Counted from the first letter of the stretch, positions 9,754-18,047 are shown. The stretch: DNA of 46,297 nt from Candidatus Binataceae bacterium (GCA_035531855.1 DATKSB010000065.1:1-46297); one strand, 5' to 3'. The notes: a model not told the origin generated them from the letters alone. A program made the numbers and translations.

Positions 9754-9772
9754 AACCTGACATCGTCAAGTA
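9754..9772 (-). promoter_or_regulatory. Second copy of the palindromic operator, upstream of tetR
   Basis: The minus strand reads TACTTGACGATGTCAGGTT, 15/19 identical to the 7231-7249 palindrome and in the same orientation relative to the downstream gene. Same TGAC-N3-GTCA core. It contains a TTGACG -35-like hexamer and lies 35-53 nt upstream of the tetR ATG (9719). Confidence 0.45.
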
Positions 9773-9825
9773 TAGCTGATTAGGAACAGGAAAACGCCGC
9801 GCGCCTCAGAGGTTCCACAAACGAA

Positions 9826-9860
9826 AGGACACCCGCCAAATGGCGGGTGTCCTCTTTTTT
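9826..9860 (-). terminator. Rho-independent-type terminator hairpin (bidirectional) after the DUF4142 gene
   Basis: Perfect 12-bp stem AGGACACCCGCC / GGCGGGTGTCCT with a 4-nt loop. The plus strand has CTTTTTT after the stem. The minus strand has TTTCGTTTG. It lies 25 nt downstream of the minus-strand stop at 9885. Confidence 0.6.
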
Positions 9861-9884
9861 GTCATCGGCGAAAAATTGCCGGCC

Positions 9885-10421
9885 TTACTTGGTTTTGTTG
9901 TTTGCCGGGTTCTGGTCGGAGTCGGTCGATAAATGATGTTTCAGATTTTGCGCCATCGCCAGATGCGCCTGAAGCACAGGAAGCGTCTGTTGTATGTATA
10001 TCTCGACGTTAGGGTCGCCCTTAAAGCCGTGTTCGGCGGACTTGAAGGTACTGATGGCCGCCTTATGCCCGCTTATCTGATCGTCAAGATATGCCGCATT
10101 GAAATCGCCGCCGCTCAGATCTTTGAGCTTGCTCTTTTCGCCTTTCTCGGCGTTGGTGCCTTCGAGTTTTACGGTGCGCTGCCGCGAAAGCGCGGAGACG
10201 GCTTCCTCATTCGCTTCATGATCGCCGCGAATTGTTTCCGCATAGGTGATCATCGGCTGGTTGTCGCCCGCCTTGTCCTTGGCGATTTTGGCGGTTTCAA
10301 CTTCCTCATAGTTCATCTGGTTGGCGTTGTTCAGCAGCGCCCCGAGGTCCTGAGCCAACGCAACTCCAGCAAAGGCGAACAGGAGAATTCCGATTCCTGG
10401 CAGTACGATTGTTTTGATCAT
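9885..10421 (-). CDS. Secreted DUF4142-type (ferritin-like four-helix) protein
   Basis: 178 aa. Signal peptide MIKTIVLPGIGILLFAFAGVALAQD. Two repeats of the pattern seen in DUF4142 proteins (EVETAKIAKDKA...; FNAAYLDDQISGHKAAISTF...LPVLQAHLAMAQ). Confidence 0.7.
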   Translation of the reverse strand: MIKTIVLPGIGILLFAFAGVALAQDLGALLNNANQMNYEEVETAKIAKDKAGDNQPMITYAETIRGDHEANEEAVSALSRQRTVKLEGTNAEKGEKSKLKDLSGGDFNAAYLDDQISGHKAAISTFKSAEHGFKGDPNVEIYIQQTLPVLQAHLAMAQNLKHHLSTDSDQNPANNKTK

Positions 10422-10445
10422 ATGAAATTGAAATATCCTTGAGAG

Positions 10446-10613
10446 CTACTCCCGCGTGCTATCACGATCTTTCTCGTGCGATGCGCGACATTCGGCGTGG
10501 CCGCAATGACAGTCAGTGCCGCCTTCATCGCGTTCGCTGGATGCGCACTCGTTCGAGCAATACTTCTGGCCGATCTTGCTTTCGCAACTGCAGCGCTGAT
10601 GACTACACTTCAT
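10446..10613 (-). CDS. Bacterial metallothionein (SmtA/BmtA-like), 55 aa
   Basis: MKCSHQRCSCESKIGQKYCSNECASSERDEGGTDCHCGHAECR matches the prokaryotic metallothionein Cys/His spacing (KC..x..C.C....YCS..CA.....C.CGH..C). GGAG lies 11 nt upstream of ATG 10613. The ORF-track start at 10673 adds 20 residues with no SD. The gene ends 24 nt before the DUF4142 start. Confidence 0.55.
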   Translation of the reverse strand: MKCSHQRCSCESKIGQKYCSNECASSERDEGGTDCHCGHAECRASHEKDRDSTRE

Positions 10614-10846
10614 TCCCAATTCTCCATGCGCGGCGCGCGAACAGTTTGCGGCGCACGTTGGGAATTGCAGCAAGATACAGGCCGACTCCGATCTGAAGGA
10701 TTATTGCGGCCAGGCTATAGTTTCACGGCAACTGTCAGAACTAGTCAGTCAGTAAGTTTTTCCGCATACGTATAACCGCAGCTCCGAAAGGGCCTTTTGC
10801 CGAGTCGCTGCGATGGCATATCCAATGCTCTGCAGGCGAGGCACAC

Positions 10847-11290
10847 ATGGATACTGCTGAAATACTACATAGTTTGATTTCGACCTGCGTGGACAGCGAA
10901 AAGCGATATCGTCACGCGGCCAAAGACGTGGAACGCGCGAACCTGGAGGCATTTCTCAACCGCCAGGCCGATTCGCGCAAAAATGCGGCTGCGGCACTTC
11001 AGGCCGAGCGTCTCCGGCTCGGTATCGACGAAAAGAAATCGGGAACCATCTCCGGCTTCGTGGATCGCGAGGCGCTGGATTTCAGCGTCATCATGAGTAA
11101 GGGCGATACTGGAGTTATCGAGTGGTGCCGCGAAGACGATGAAAAAGTCATCGGGCAATATCAGGAAGCGTTAAGCGAAGCTCTTTCGCCGGATCTGCGC
11201 AAAACGATCGAATATCAGCTTGCGCAGATTCGCGCCGCCGTCGCAAAAGAGGAAGACGTGCTGCGGCTATTCGGCGGCCCAAAGTCCTAA
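10847..11290 (+). CDS. PA2169-family / DUF2383 four-helix-bundle protein
   Basis: 147 aa. LISTCVDSEKRYRHAA...FLNRQADSRKNAAAAL and a second helix pair (EWCREDDEKVIGQYQEAL...IEYQLAQIRAA) fit this stress-associated family. GAGG SD upstream. Confidence 0.65.
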   Translation: MDTAEILHSLISTCVDSEKRYRHAAKDVERANLEAFLNRQADSRKNAAAALQAERLRLGIDEKKSGTISGFVDREALDFSVIMSKGDTGVIEWCREDDEKVIGQYQEALSEALSPDLRKTIEYQLAQIRAAVAKEEDVLRLFGGPKS

Positions 11291-11314
11291 TCGGTCTGAT
11301 CGAGTGCGCAACCT

Positions 11315-12970
11315 GTGGCCAGTGAGAAGCTTTCGATATACCGGGCCAAGCGGGACTTCAGCAAAACCGCCGAGCCAAGCGGCGAAACCGCGATCGCGCC
11401 TTCGCACCGACTGCGCTATGTGATTCAGAAGCATGCGGCTTCGCGGCTGCATTATGATTTCAGGCTCGAACTCGACGGGGTGCTTAAATCCTGGGCGGTC
11501 ACGCGCGGTCCCTCGCTCGACCCGCATGACAAAAGGCTCGCCGTCGAGGTCGAGGACCATCCGCTCGACTACGGCGACTTCGAAGGCACGATTCCGCACG
11601 GCCAATACGGCGGGGGCACCGTGCAGTTGTGGGATCGTGGCTACTGGACGCCGCAAGAGACTTCCGCTCCCCAGGCCGCGCTCAAAGCCGGCAATCTAAA
11701 GTTCAAGCTCGACGGCCGGCGACTGCATGGAAGCTGGGTGCTGGTGCGGATGAAGCATGATCGCACCGGCGGCAGGCGCAACAACTGGCTGCTGATAAAG
11801 CATCGCGACGAATTCGCGCGCGAGGGCGATAACGATTCGATGCTGGCCCACGACCGATCGGTCGCGTCGGCGCGTCCAATGTCCGCGATCGCGGCGGGCA
11901 AAGGACACGGACCTAAGCCGTTCATCCTGAAGACAAAAAAACTCGCGAAAGCGGACGCTAGCTGGGGTTCCGATCATGACAACGCGGCCAAACCCGTCGC
12001 CGCGCTCAAACGAACCCACGCTGCGGCGGCGTCCGGGCTGCGAAAAAAACCGGCAGGCGAAACTCTGGTTATGGGAGTCGCTATCTCCAAGCCAGACAAG
12101 GTTCTATGGCCTGCCGCCGGGGATAGCGAACCGGCTACGAAGCTTGACCTGGCTCGCTATTACGAGGCAGCCGGCCCGCACATGATTCTGCATCTGAAGG
12201 GACGCCCGTGCTCGATCGTCCGCGCACCGGACGGGCTTGGTGGCCAGCAATTTTTTCAGCGCCGCGCGATGCCGGGCTCGTCCAAGTTATTCTCAACGGT
12301 CAAGATCGCGGGCCTCGCGGAGCCGTATCTGCAGATAGATCGGGTTGAGGCGCTGGCTGCGGTCGCGCAATTGGCCGGAGTGGAATTGCATCCATGGAAC
12401 TGTCAGCCCGGAGATCCCGAGGAGCCGGGGCGCCTGGTTTTCGATCTCGATCCGGCTGACGAGGTGGCTTTTTCGGCGGTAGTCGAGGGCGCGCGGGAAA
12501 TTCACGACCGGCTGGAAGCGGTCGGCCTCGTGAGTTTCTGCAAAACCACCGGCGGCAAGGGTCTGCACGTGGTGACGCCGCTTGCGCCGGCCAGGACAGT
12601 ACGAATCGGATGGGCCGCTGCCAAGGTATTCGCGCGCGAAATCTGTATCCGGATAGCCGCGGATAGTCCGAATCGCTATCTGACCAAAATGGCGAAGAAA
12701 GATCGCGCCGGAAAAATCTTCCTCGACTATTTCCGCAACGATCGGATGGCGACTGCGGTCGCGCCGCTGTCGCCGCGCGCTCGCGCCGGCGCACCGGTGT
12801 CGATGCCGCTTGCATGGACACAAGTCCGTTCGGGACTCGATCCGAAACGGTTCACGATTCGAACCGTGCCCGGCCTGCTCGCCAAGAGTACCGCGTGGCA
12901 AGCGTACTGCGACGGAGAGCGGCCACTTTCTCACGCGATAAAACGACTGGGCAAAGTCAGGGCGGAGTGA
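11315..12970 (+). CDS. ligD: DNA ligase D-type 3'-phosphoesterase + polymerase/primase two-domain protein (no ligase domain)
   Basis: PE domain: YRAKRDFSKTAEPSG, YVIQKHAASRLHYDFRLE, VEDHPLDYGDFEGTIP..YGGG. Pol (LigD primase-polymerase) domain: KVLWP...TKLDLARYY, LVFDLDP, KTTGGKGLHVV, IFLDYFRN. 551 aa, ending at TGA 12968-12970. Confidence 0.9.
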   Translation: MASEKLSIYRAKRDFSKTAEPSGETAIAPSHRLRYVIQKHAASRLHYDFRLELDGVLKSWAVTRGPSLDPHDKRLAVEVEDHPLDYGDFEGTIPHGQYGGGTVQLWDRGYWTPQETSAPQAALKAGNLKFKLDGRRLHGSWVLVRMKHDRTGGRRNNWLLIKHRDEFAREGDNDSMLAHDRSVASARPMSAIAAGKGHGPKPFILKTKKLAKADASWGSDHDNAAKPVAALKRTHAAAASGLRKKPAGETLVMGVAISKPDKVLWPAAGDSEPATKLDLARYYEAAGPHMILHLKGRPCSIVRAPDGLGGQQFFQRRAMPGSSKLFSTVKIAGLAEPYLQIDRVEALAAVAQLAGVELHPWNCQPGDPEEPGRLVFDLDPADEVAFSAVVEGAREIHDRLEAVGLVSFCKTTGGKGLHVVTPLAPARTVRIGWAAAKVFAREICIRIAADSPNRYLTKMAKKDRAGKIFLDYFRNDRMATAVAPLSPRARAGAPVSMPLAWTQVRSGLDPKRFTIRTVPGLLAKSTAWQAYCDGERPLSHAIKRLGKVRAE

Positions 12971-12973
12971 ATT

Positions 12974-13463
12974 TTGCCGCGTACAGCGAGAAAATCGGAC
13001 AGCAAAAGAATCGCCGGGCTGCCGATACCGCTCGCTACGCGACCGATGGAAGCGCGGCTCGTGTGTGAATTGCCGCGCGAGGCGGGATGGCAGTTCGAAC
13101 CAAGTGCGACGGCTTTCGATGCCTGGCGTTTCGCGCCGGTGGTGAGATCGAGCTGCCAAATCAGGCAAAACTTTGGCGCGCTATTTTCCAGAGATTGTCG
13201 CGAAGCTTGCCGCGCTCGCGCCCGCACGGTTCATTGTCGATGGCGAGCTCGCTATTCCAATCGGCGACATCCTCTCGTTCGATGCGTTGCAGGCCCGGTT
13301 GCATCCTGCTGAAAGCCGGGTGCGCAAGTCAGCCGCACAGACGCCAGCCATTTTCATCTTGTTCGATTGTCTGATGTCCGCCGACGGAGCGAGCCTCCTG
13401 GACTCGCCGCTGACGGACCTCCGCGCCGCGCTCGGAAGCCGCGAACGCGCATCTTGGCAATAG
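12974..13463 (+). pseudogene. ATP-dependent DNA ligase (LigC / LigD ligase-domain type), frameshifted twice and 3'-truncated
   Basis: The ligase adenylation-domain sequence is spread over three frames. Phase 2: ...PMEARLVCELPREAGWQFEP, up to about 13100. Phase 1: KCDGFRCLAFRAGGEIEL, with motif I K-x-D-G at 13102-13113. Phase 0: SKSGKTLARYFPEIVAKLAALAPARFIVDGELAI...FDALQARLHPAESRV...AIFILFDCL...PLTDLRAAL, from about 13158 to stop 13461-13463. No motif IV/V (EGV.AK) or OB-fold sequence is visible in any frame downstream. Confidence 0.75.
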
Positions 13464-13671
13464 ACGCCAAGTCAAAAATGATTCTCAAGGACCTGCATCG
13501 GCGGAACCCTGATTGGCTGCGTTCGGCCGGAGAGGAAATGGCCAACGCGACGGAAAGGATTGGAGGAAATATCGGCAGTCTTGATCGCCGGTGAACCACT
13601 CGGGTAATTACTTGGAACCACGACCATCCGATCACAAACAGATGACAACTACACGATGAAGGCGCGCCGCA

Positions 13672-15546
13672 GTGACGTTTGACAGTACCCCCTCGGCGCG
13701 GGACAAAACGGCGGACGCGTCGGACGCGATTCTCGCGACAATGCGGCGCTTCTGGGGCTTTGAGAGCCTGCGCGCGCTGCAGGCCGAGGCGATTAGGGCC
13801 GGGCTGGACCGCCGCGACTCGCTGGTCGTGATGCCGACCGGGGGTGGCAAATCACTGTGCTATCAGGTGCCGCCGGCGGTTGCCGGACGGACCGATATAG
13901 TCGTCTCACCACTGATCGCGTTGATGAAAGATCAGGTGGACGCGCTCCGCGCGTGCGGCTATCCGGCGGTCGCGCTGCACAGCGGAATGGATCTGGATGA
14001 AATTCGCGGCGCCGAGCGCGAGATTGCCAGCGGCCGCCCGCATCTCATCTTCGTCGCGCCGGAGCGGATGCTCACACCGCGATTTATCGAGCTTGCGCAG
14101 CGAATCGGCGTCGGCACCTTCGCGATCGACGAGGCACACTGCATCAGCCAGTGGGGGCATGATTTCAGGCCCGAGTATCGTCAGCTCGCGGAATTAAAAA
14201 GCCGCTTTGCGAATGCGAGCCTGCACGCCTACACCGCGACCGCCACGGAACGCGTGCGCCACGATATCGTCGAGCAACTCAAGCTCAAAGATCCGGCGGT
14301 ACTGGTCGGCTCTTTCGATCGGCCGAATCTTCTCTACCGTGTAGTCCCGAAGACTTCTGTTAACACGCAGGCCGCGGACGTCGTGCGCCGTCACTCGGGC
14401 GAAGCGGTGATTATTTATTGCATCACCCGAAAGGACACCGAGAGCATGGCCGCGTATCTTGCGGACGCCGGTATCCGCGCTGCGCATTATCACGCCGGGA
14501 TGGACGCCGGCGACCGCCGCCGCACGCAGGATCGCTTCGCCGCCGAAGAGATCGACGTGGTCGTTGCCACGGTCGCTTTCGGAATGGGGATCGACCGCAG
14601 CGATATCCGTTGCGTCATCCATGCGGCGCTGCCGAAATCGATCGAGCACTATCAGCAGGAGACCGGCCGCGCCGGACGCGACGGTCTGCCCGCGGAGTGC
14701 GTCCTGTTCTACTCCGCGGCGGACGCGATGCGCTGGCAGGGCCTGCTCGAGCGCAGCGCCGCCGAAGCGGAATTCCCCGCGCAGGTGCTCGAAAGCGCCA
14801 ATCAGTTGCTCGAACAGATCCGCCGCTACGCCACCGTCGTCGGATGCCGTCATGCCGCGCTCTCCGGCTATTTCGGCGAGCAATACGCAAATCCGAATTG
14901 CGGCGCCTGCGACCAGTGCCTGGGCGAGGTTGAAGGCGTGGCCGACGCGACCGTGCTCGCGCAGAAAGTGCTCTCCTGCGTCGCGCGGGTCGAGCAACGC
15001 TTCGGAGTTGAACAGGTGGTCGATGTGCTCCTGGGCGCGGACAGCGAGCGGGTAAGGCGATGGCGCCATGAGCAACTTTCCACGTACGGGCTGTTGAAGG
15101 ATCTCCCGCGCAAGACGGTGACCAATCTGATCTATCAGCTCGTGGACGCGGCGCTCCTCGAACGCACCGGCGGCGATCGGCCGACCCTGAAACTCAACGC
15201 CGACTCGTGGGAAGTTCTGCGCGGAAAGCGCTCCGTCAGGCTGCTCCAGGCGAAAAAACCGAGGGCCGCACGAACCCGTCTCGAAGAAACCAGTTGGCGC
15301 GACGTGGACGAGGCCTTGTACGAAAGCCTGCGCGAGCTGCGCCGGGAGATCGCGGTGGAGCGCTCTGTCGCGGCCTTCGTGATTCTCCACGACTCGACGC
15401 TGCGCGACCTCGCCCGCGCGCGCCCCTCGACCCTCGAGCAGTTGCGCGCAGTTCGCGGGATGGGCGAAAAGAAGCTCGCGGATTTCGGCGCCCGCCTGCT
15501 CGAGCGAATCGCGGAGCACGGGCAATCGCGGCCAGGCAGTTCGTGA
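13672..15546 (+). CDS. recQ: ATP-dependent DNA helicase RecQ
   Basis: MPTGGGKSLCYQVP, DEAHCISQWGHDFRPEY, ATVAFGMGIDRSDIR, QETGRAGRDG, zinc cluster CRH..x..CGACDQC, RQC region, and C-terminal HRDC (LRELRREIA...ILHDSTLRDLA...GMGEKKL). The start codon is uncertain (GTG 13672 or ATG 13741). Confidence 0.92.
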   Translation: MTFDSTPSARDKTADASDAILATMRRFWGFESLRALQAEAIRAGLDRRDSLVVMPTGGGKSLCYQVPPAVAGRTDIVVSPLIALMKDQVDALRACGYPAVALHSGMDLDEIRGAEREIASGRPHLIFVAPERMLTPRFIELAQRIGVGTFAIDEAHCISQWGHDFRPEYRQLAELKSRFANASLHAYTATATERVRHDIVEQLKLKDPAVLVGSFDRPNLLYRVVPKTSVNTQAADVVRRHSGEAVIIYCITRKDTESMAAYLADAGIRAAHYHAGMDAGDRRRTQDRFAAEEIDVVVATVAFGMGIDRSDIRCVIHAALPKSIEHYQQETGRAGRDGLPAECVLFYSAADAMRWQGLLERSAAEAEFPAQVLESANQLLEQIRRYATVVGCRHAALSGYFGEQYANPNCGACDQCLGEVEGVADATVLAQKVLSCVARVEQRFGVEQVVDVLLGADSERVRRWRHEQLSTYGLLKDLPRKTVTNLIYQLVDAALLERTGGDRPTLKLNADSWEVLRGKRSVRLLQAKKPRAARTRLEETSWRDVDEALYESLRELRREIAVERSVAAFVILHDSTLRDLARARPSTLEQLRAVRGMGEKKLADFGARLLERIAEHGQSRPGSS

Positions 15547-15589
15547 TGATCAAAGCCGCGACAGGCGTCCGGAAAGAATCAGGCGGCTA

Positions 15590-17107
15590 ATGCGCGCGCG
15601 GAGCCTGATGGTGATGGGCACGGCGTCGGACGTCGGCAAAAGCGTCGTCGCAACCGGCTTGTGCCGCGCATTCGCACGCCGCGGCATTCGCGTTGCGCCA
15701 TTCAAATCGCAGAACATGTCGAACAACGCCGCGGTGTGCGCTGGCGGCGGCGAAATCGGCCGCGCCCAGGCGGTGCAGGCGATGGCCTGCGGCCTCGAGC
15801 CGTCGGTCGAGATGAATCCGGTCTTGCTCAAACCCGAAAGTGGCTCGGGGTGCCAAGTGGTTATCCGCGGCAGGGCGCGCTTTCGTATCAACGCATGGCA
15901 GGAGCACGAGCGATATCGCGCGCATGCATGGCCGGAAATCGTGCGCAGCTACAACTCGCTCGCCGAAGCGTTCGACCTGATAATCGTTGAGGGCGCAGGC
16001 GGCGCCGCGGAAATAAATTTACGCGATCGCGACCTGGCCAACTGGATCGTCGCGGATCTCGCCGATGCCGCGGTTCTGATCGTCGGCGATATCGACAAGG
16101 GCGGCGTGTTCGCGTCGCTCGCGGGAACCGTCGAGTTGCTGAGCGCCTCCGAGCGCCGGCGCGTCAAAGGACTGCTGATCAACAAGTTCCGCGGCGATCG
16201 CGCCTTGCTCGAACCCGGCCCGGCCTTGCTTGAACAGCGCACCGGGATTCCGGTGATTGGCGCGCTCCCATACGAAAGGAACCTCGGCATCCCGCAGGAG
16301 GATTCGGCTTCGCTCGAAACGCGCGCATCGGTTTCCAGCGCGGCGGCAGTGCGAATCGGCGTCGTGCGCTTTCCGGAAATATCGAACTATACCGACTTCG
16401 AGCCCCTCGAGAGCGAGCCGGATGTCGCGGTCCATTATCTGAGCGACCCCGCGTCGGCTCCGAAAGTTGATGTCCTGATTGTGCCCGGATCAAAGACCAC
16501 GGTCGCCGACCTGAAATGGCTGCGCGGTGCCGGATGGGAGGACTACCTCGTGCGCTGCCTGAGGCGTGGCGGTTTTGTGCTGGGCATTTGCGGCGGCTAC
16601 CAGATGCTCGGCCGGCGCATCGTCGATCGCGAGCGCGCCGAGAGCGACGAGGTTGAGACCGTCGGCCTGGGACTGCTCGACATCGAGACGACCTTTGCAC
16701 CCGGAAAAATCACCGATCGTGTGACCGCCGTCCACCTGCCGACCGGACTTTCAATCGAAGGATACGAAATCCACTCCGGACGGATCGCAGGCGTGACCGA
16801 CGCGAGCGCGCTCTTCAGGATCGGCAGCCGCGGCCAAAGTGCCGTGCGGGAATTCGACGGCGCACAGTCGGCGGACGGCAGAGTTATCGGAACGTCGATC
16901 CATGGATTGTTTGACCTGCCGGATTTCCGGCGCTGGTTTATCGATAGGGTGCGCAAGTCGCTCGGACTCGAACCTCTGGCCGCGTCGGATCATGTCTCCT
17001 CCACGGCGGATCACATCGCCGCCTTCGACCGGCTGGCCGATTTGCTGGAAACGCACCTGGACATGCGCCAGATAGCCGCGCTCGCCGGTCTCGACTGGAA
17101 CGCATGA
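15590..17107 (+). CDS. cobQ: Cobyric acid synthase
   Basis: MVMGTASDVGKSVV..GLCR, APFKSQNMSNNA, and C-terminal GATase-like domain with ICGGYQMLG and IHG. 505 aa. Confidence 0.88.
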   Translation: MRARSLMVMGTASDVGKSVVATGLCRAFARRGIRVAPFKSQNMSNNAAVCAGGGEIGRAQAVQAMACGLEPSVEMNPVLLKPESGSGCQVVIRGRARFRINAWQEHERYRAHAWPEIVRSYNSLAEAFDLIIVEGAGGAAEINLRDRDLANWIVADLADAAVLIVGDIDKGGVFASLAGTVELLSASERRRVKGLLINKFRGDRALLEPGPALLEQRTGIPVIGALPYERNLGIPQEDSASLETRASVSSAAAVRIGVVRFPEISNYTDFEPLESEPDVAVHYLSDPASAPKVDVLIVPGSKTTVADLKWLRGAGWEDYLVRCLRRGGFVLGICGGYQMLGRRIVDRERAESDEVETVGLGLLDIETTFAPGKITDRVTAVHLPTGLSIEGYEIHSGRIAGVTDASALFRIGSRGQSAVREFDGAQSADGRVIGTSIHGLFDLPDFRRWFIDRVRKSLGLEPLAASDHVSSTADHIAAFDRLADLLETHLDMRQIAALAGLDWNA

Positions 17108-17125
17108 CGCGAGCATGATGCATCG

Positions 17126-17890
17126 ATGCCATTTCTCGAACGCGACCATGGGGTGAAGATCTATTACGAAGCGCGCGGCGCCGGGCCCGCCGTGCTGCTC
17201 TCGCACGGATACAGCGCCAGTGCGCGGATGTGGCGCGGGCAGATGGACGCGCTGTCGGATCGTTATCATCTGATCGCGTGGGATATGCGCGGGCACGATC
17301 GCTCGGACTCCCCGGACGATCCCGCGCTCTATTCGCATCAGGCTACCGTCGCCGACATGGCTGCCGTGCTCGACGCATGCGGCGCAGAGCGCGCGGTTAT
17401 CGGTGGGCTGTCACTGGGCGGGTTCATGTCGCTCGCGTTCCATCTGGCGCATCCGGAGCGGACGATCGCGTTGATGCTGTTCGACACCGGACCCGGCTAC
17501 AAGAAAGACGGTCCGCGCCAGGAATGGAATCGCATGACCGACGCGACCGCGCGCAACTTCGAGCGCGATGGAATTGACGCGACCACCGGCAGCCCTGAGA
17601 CTCGCGTCGCACAGCATCGCAGCGCCCAGGGACTCGCACACGCGGCGCGAGGGATGCTGGCGCAGCGGGAAGGCAGCGTGATCGAGTCGCTGCCGGCGAT
17701 TCGTGTGCCGACGCTGGTTCTGGTCGGTGCGTTGGACGCGCGGTTTGTGCCTTCCGCCGACTACATGGCGGCGAAAATCCCGGGAGCGGAAAAGGTTGTC
17801 CTGGCCGGCGCCGGACATGCCGCCAATATCGACCAGCCCGAGGCTTTCAATGCCGCGGTAAGCAAATTCCTGGGCCGAGTGACCACCTGA
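17126..17890 (+). CDS. Alpha/beta-fold hydrolase
   Basis: 254 aa. HG motif (LLSHGY), nucleophile elbow GLSLGG, and C-terminal GAGHAANIDQPEAF. Confidence 0.85.
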   Translation: MPFLERDHGVKIYYEARGAGPAVLLSHGYSASARMWRGQMDALSDRYHLIAWDMRGHDRSDSPDDPALYSHQATVADMAAVLDACGAERAVIGGLSLGGFMSLAFHLAHPERTIALMLFDTGPGYKKDGPRQEWNRMTDATARNFERDGIDATTGSPETRVAQHRSAQGLAHAARGMLAQREGSVIESLPAIRVPTLVLVGALDARFVPSADYMAAKIPGAEKVVLAGAGHAANIDQPEAFNAAVSKFLGRVTT

Positions 17891-18047
17891 ACCTGGCCAC
17901 CTGGCATCCGCGCTCACCGCTGGCTGCCAGCGCCAGCCCCTCTTGTTCGCTGCCATCGCTCTCGGGATAGGAGCGCGCATTGGCTCGCGATATTCGCTAA
18001 CATCGCGGGAGCAATGCTACCCATCCCTTCACACAACGAGACGCGCG

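Noticed and set aside
12968-12970. The in-frame TGA between the LigD PE-Pol ORF and the ligase-domain sequence, considered as a programmed read-through or selenocysteine site.
   Set aside because: The downstream sequence is itself broken by two frameshifts and truncated, so recoding would not yield a functional ligase. I saw no SECIS-like hairpin. In-frame juxtaposition of two genes happens one time in three by chance.
13464-13671. Possible remaining ligase C-terminal (motif IV/V, OB-fold) sequence, or a small gene (e.g. ORF 13367..13594), between the ligase remnant and recQ.
   Set aside because: I translated all three plus frames by eye. There is no EGV.AK, LVVGG or OB-fold-like pattern, and the listed small ORFs are Arg-rich with no SD. 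I treat the region as degraded or intergenic DNA that likely contains the recQ promoter.
14194-15525. 443-aa minus-strand ORF antisense to recQ.
   Set aside because: Same reasoning. recQ motifs on the plus strand are unambiguous, and the antisense product has no family features.
15547-15589. Cobalamin riboswitch upstream of cobQ.
   Set aside because: The gap is only 43 nt, far too short for the ~200-nt element, and no B12-box-like sequence is visible.
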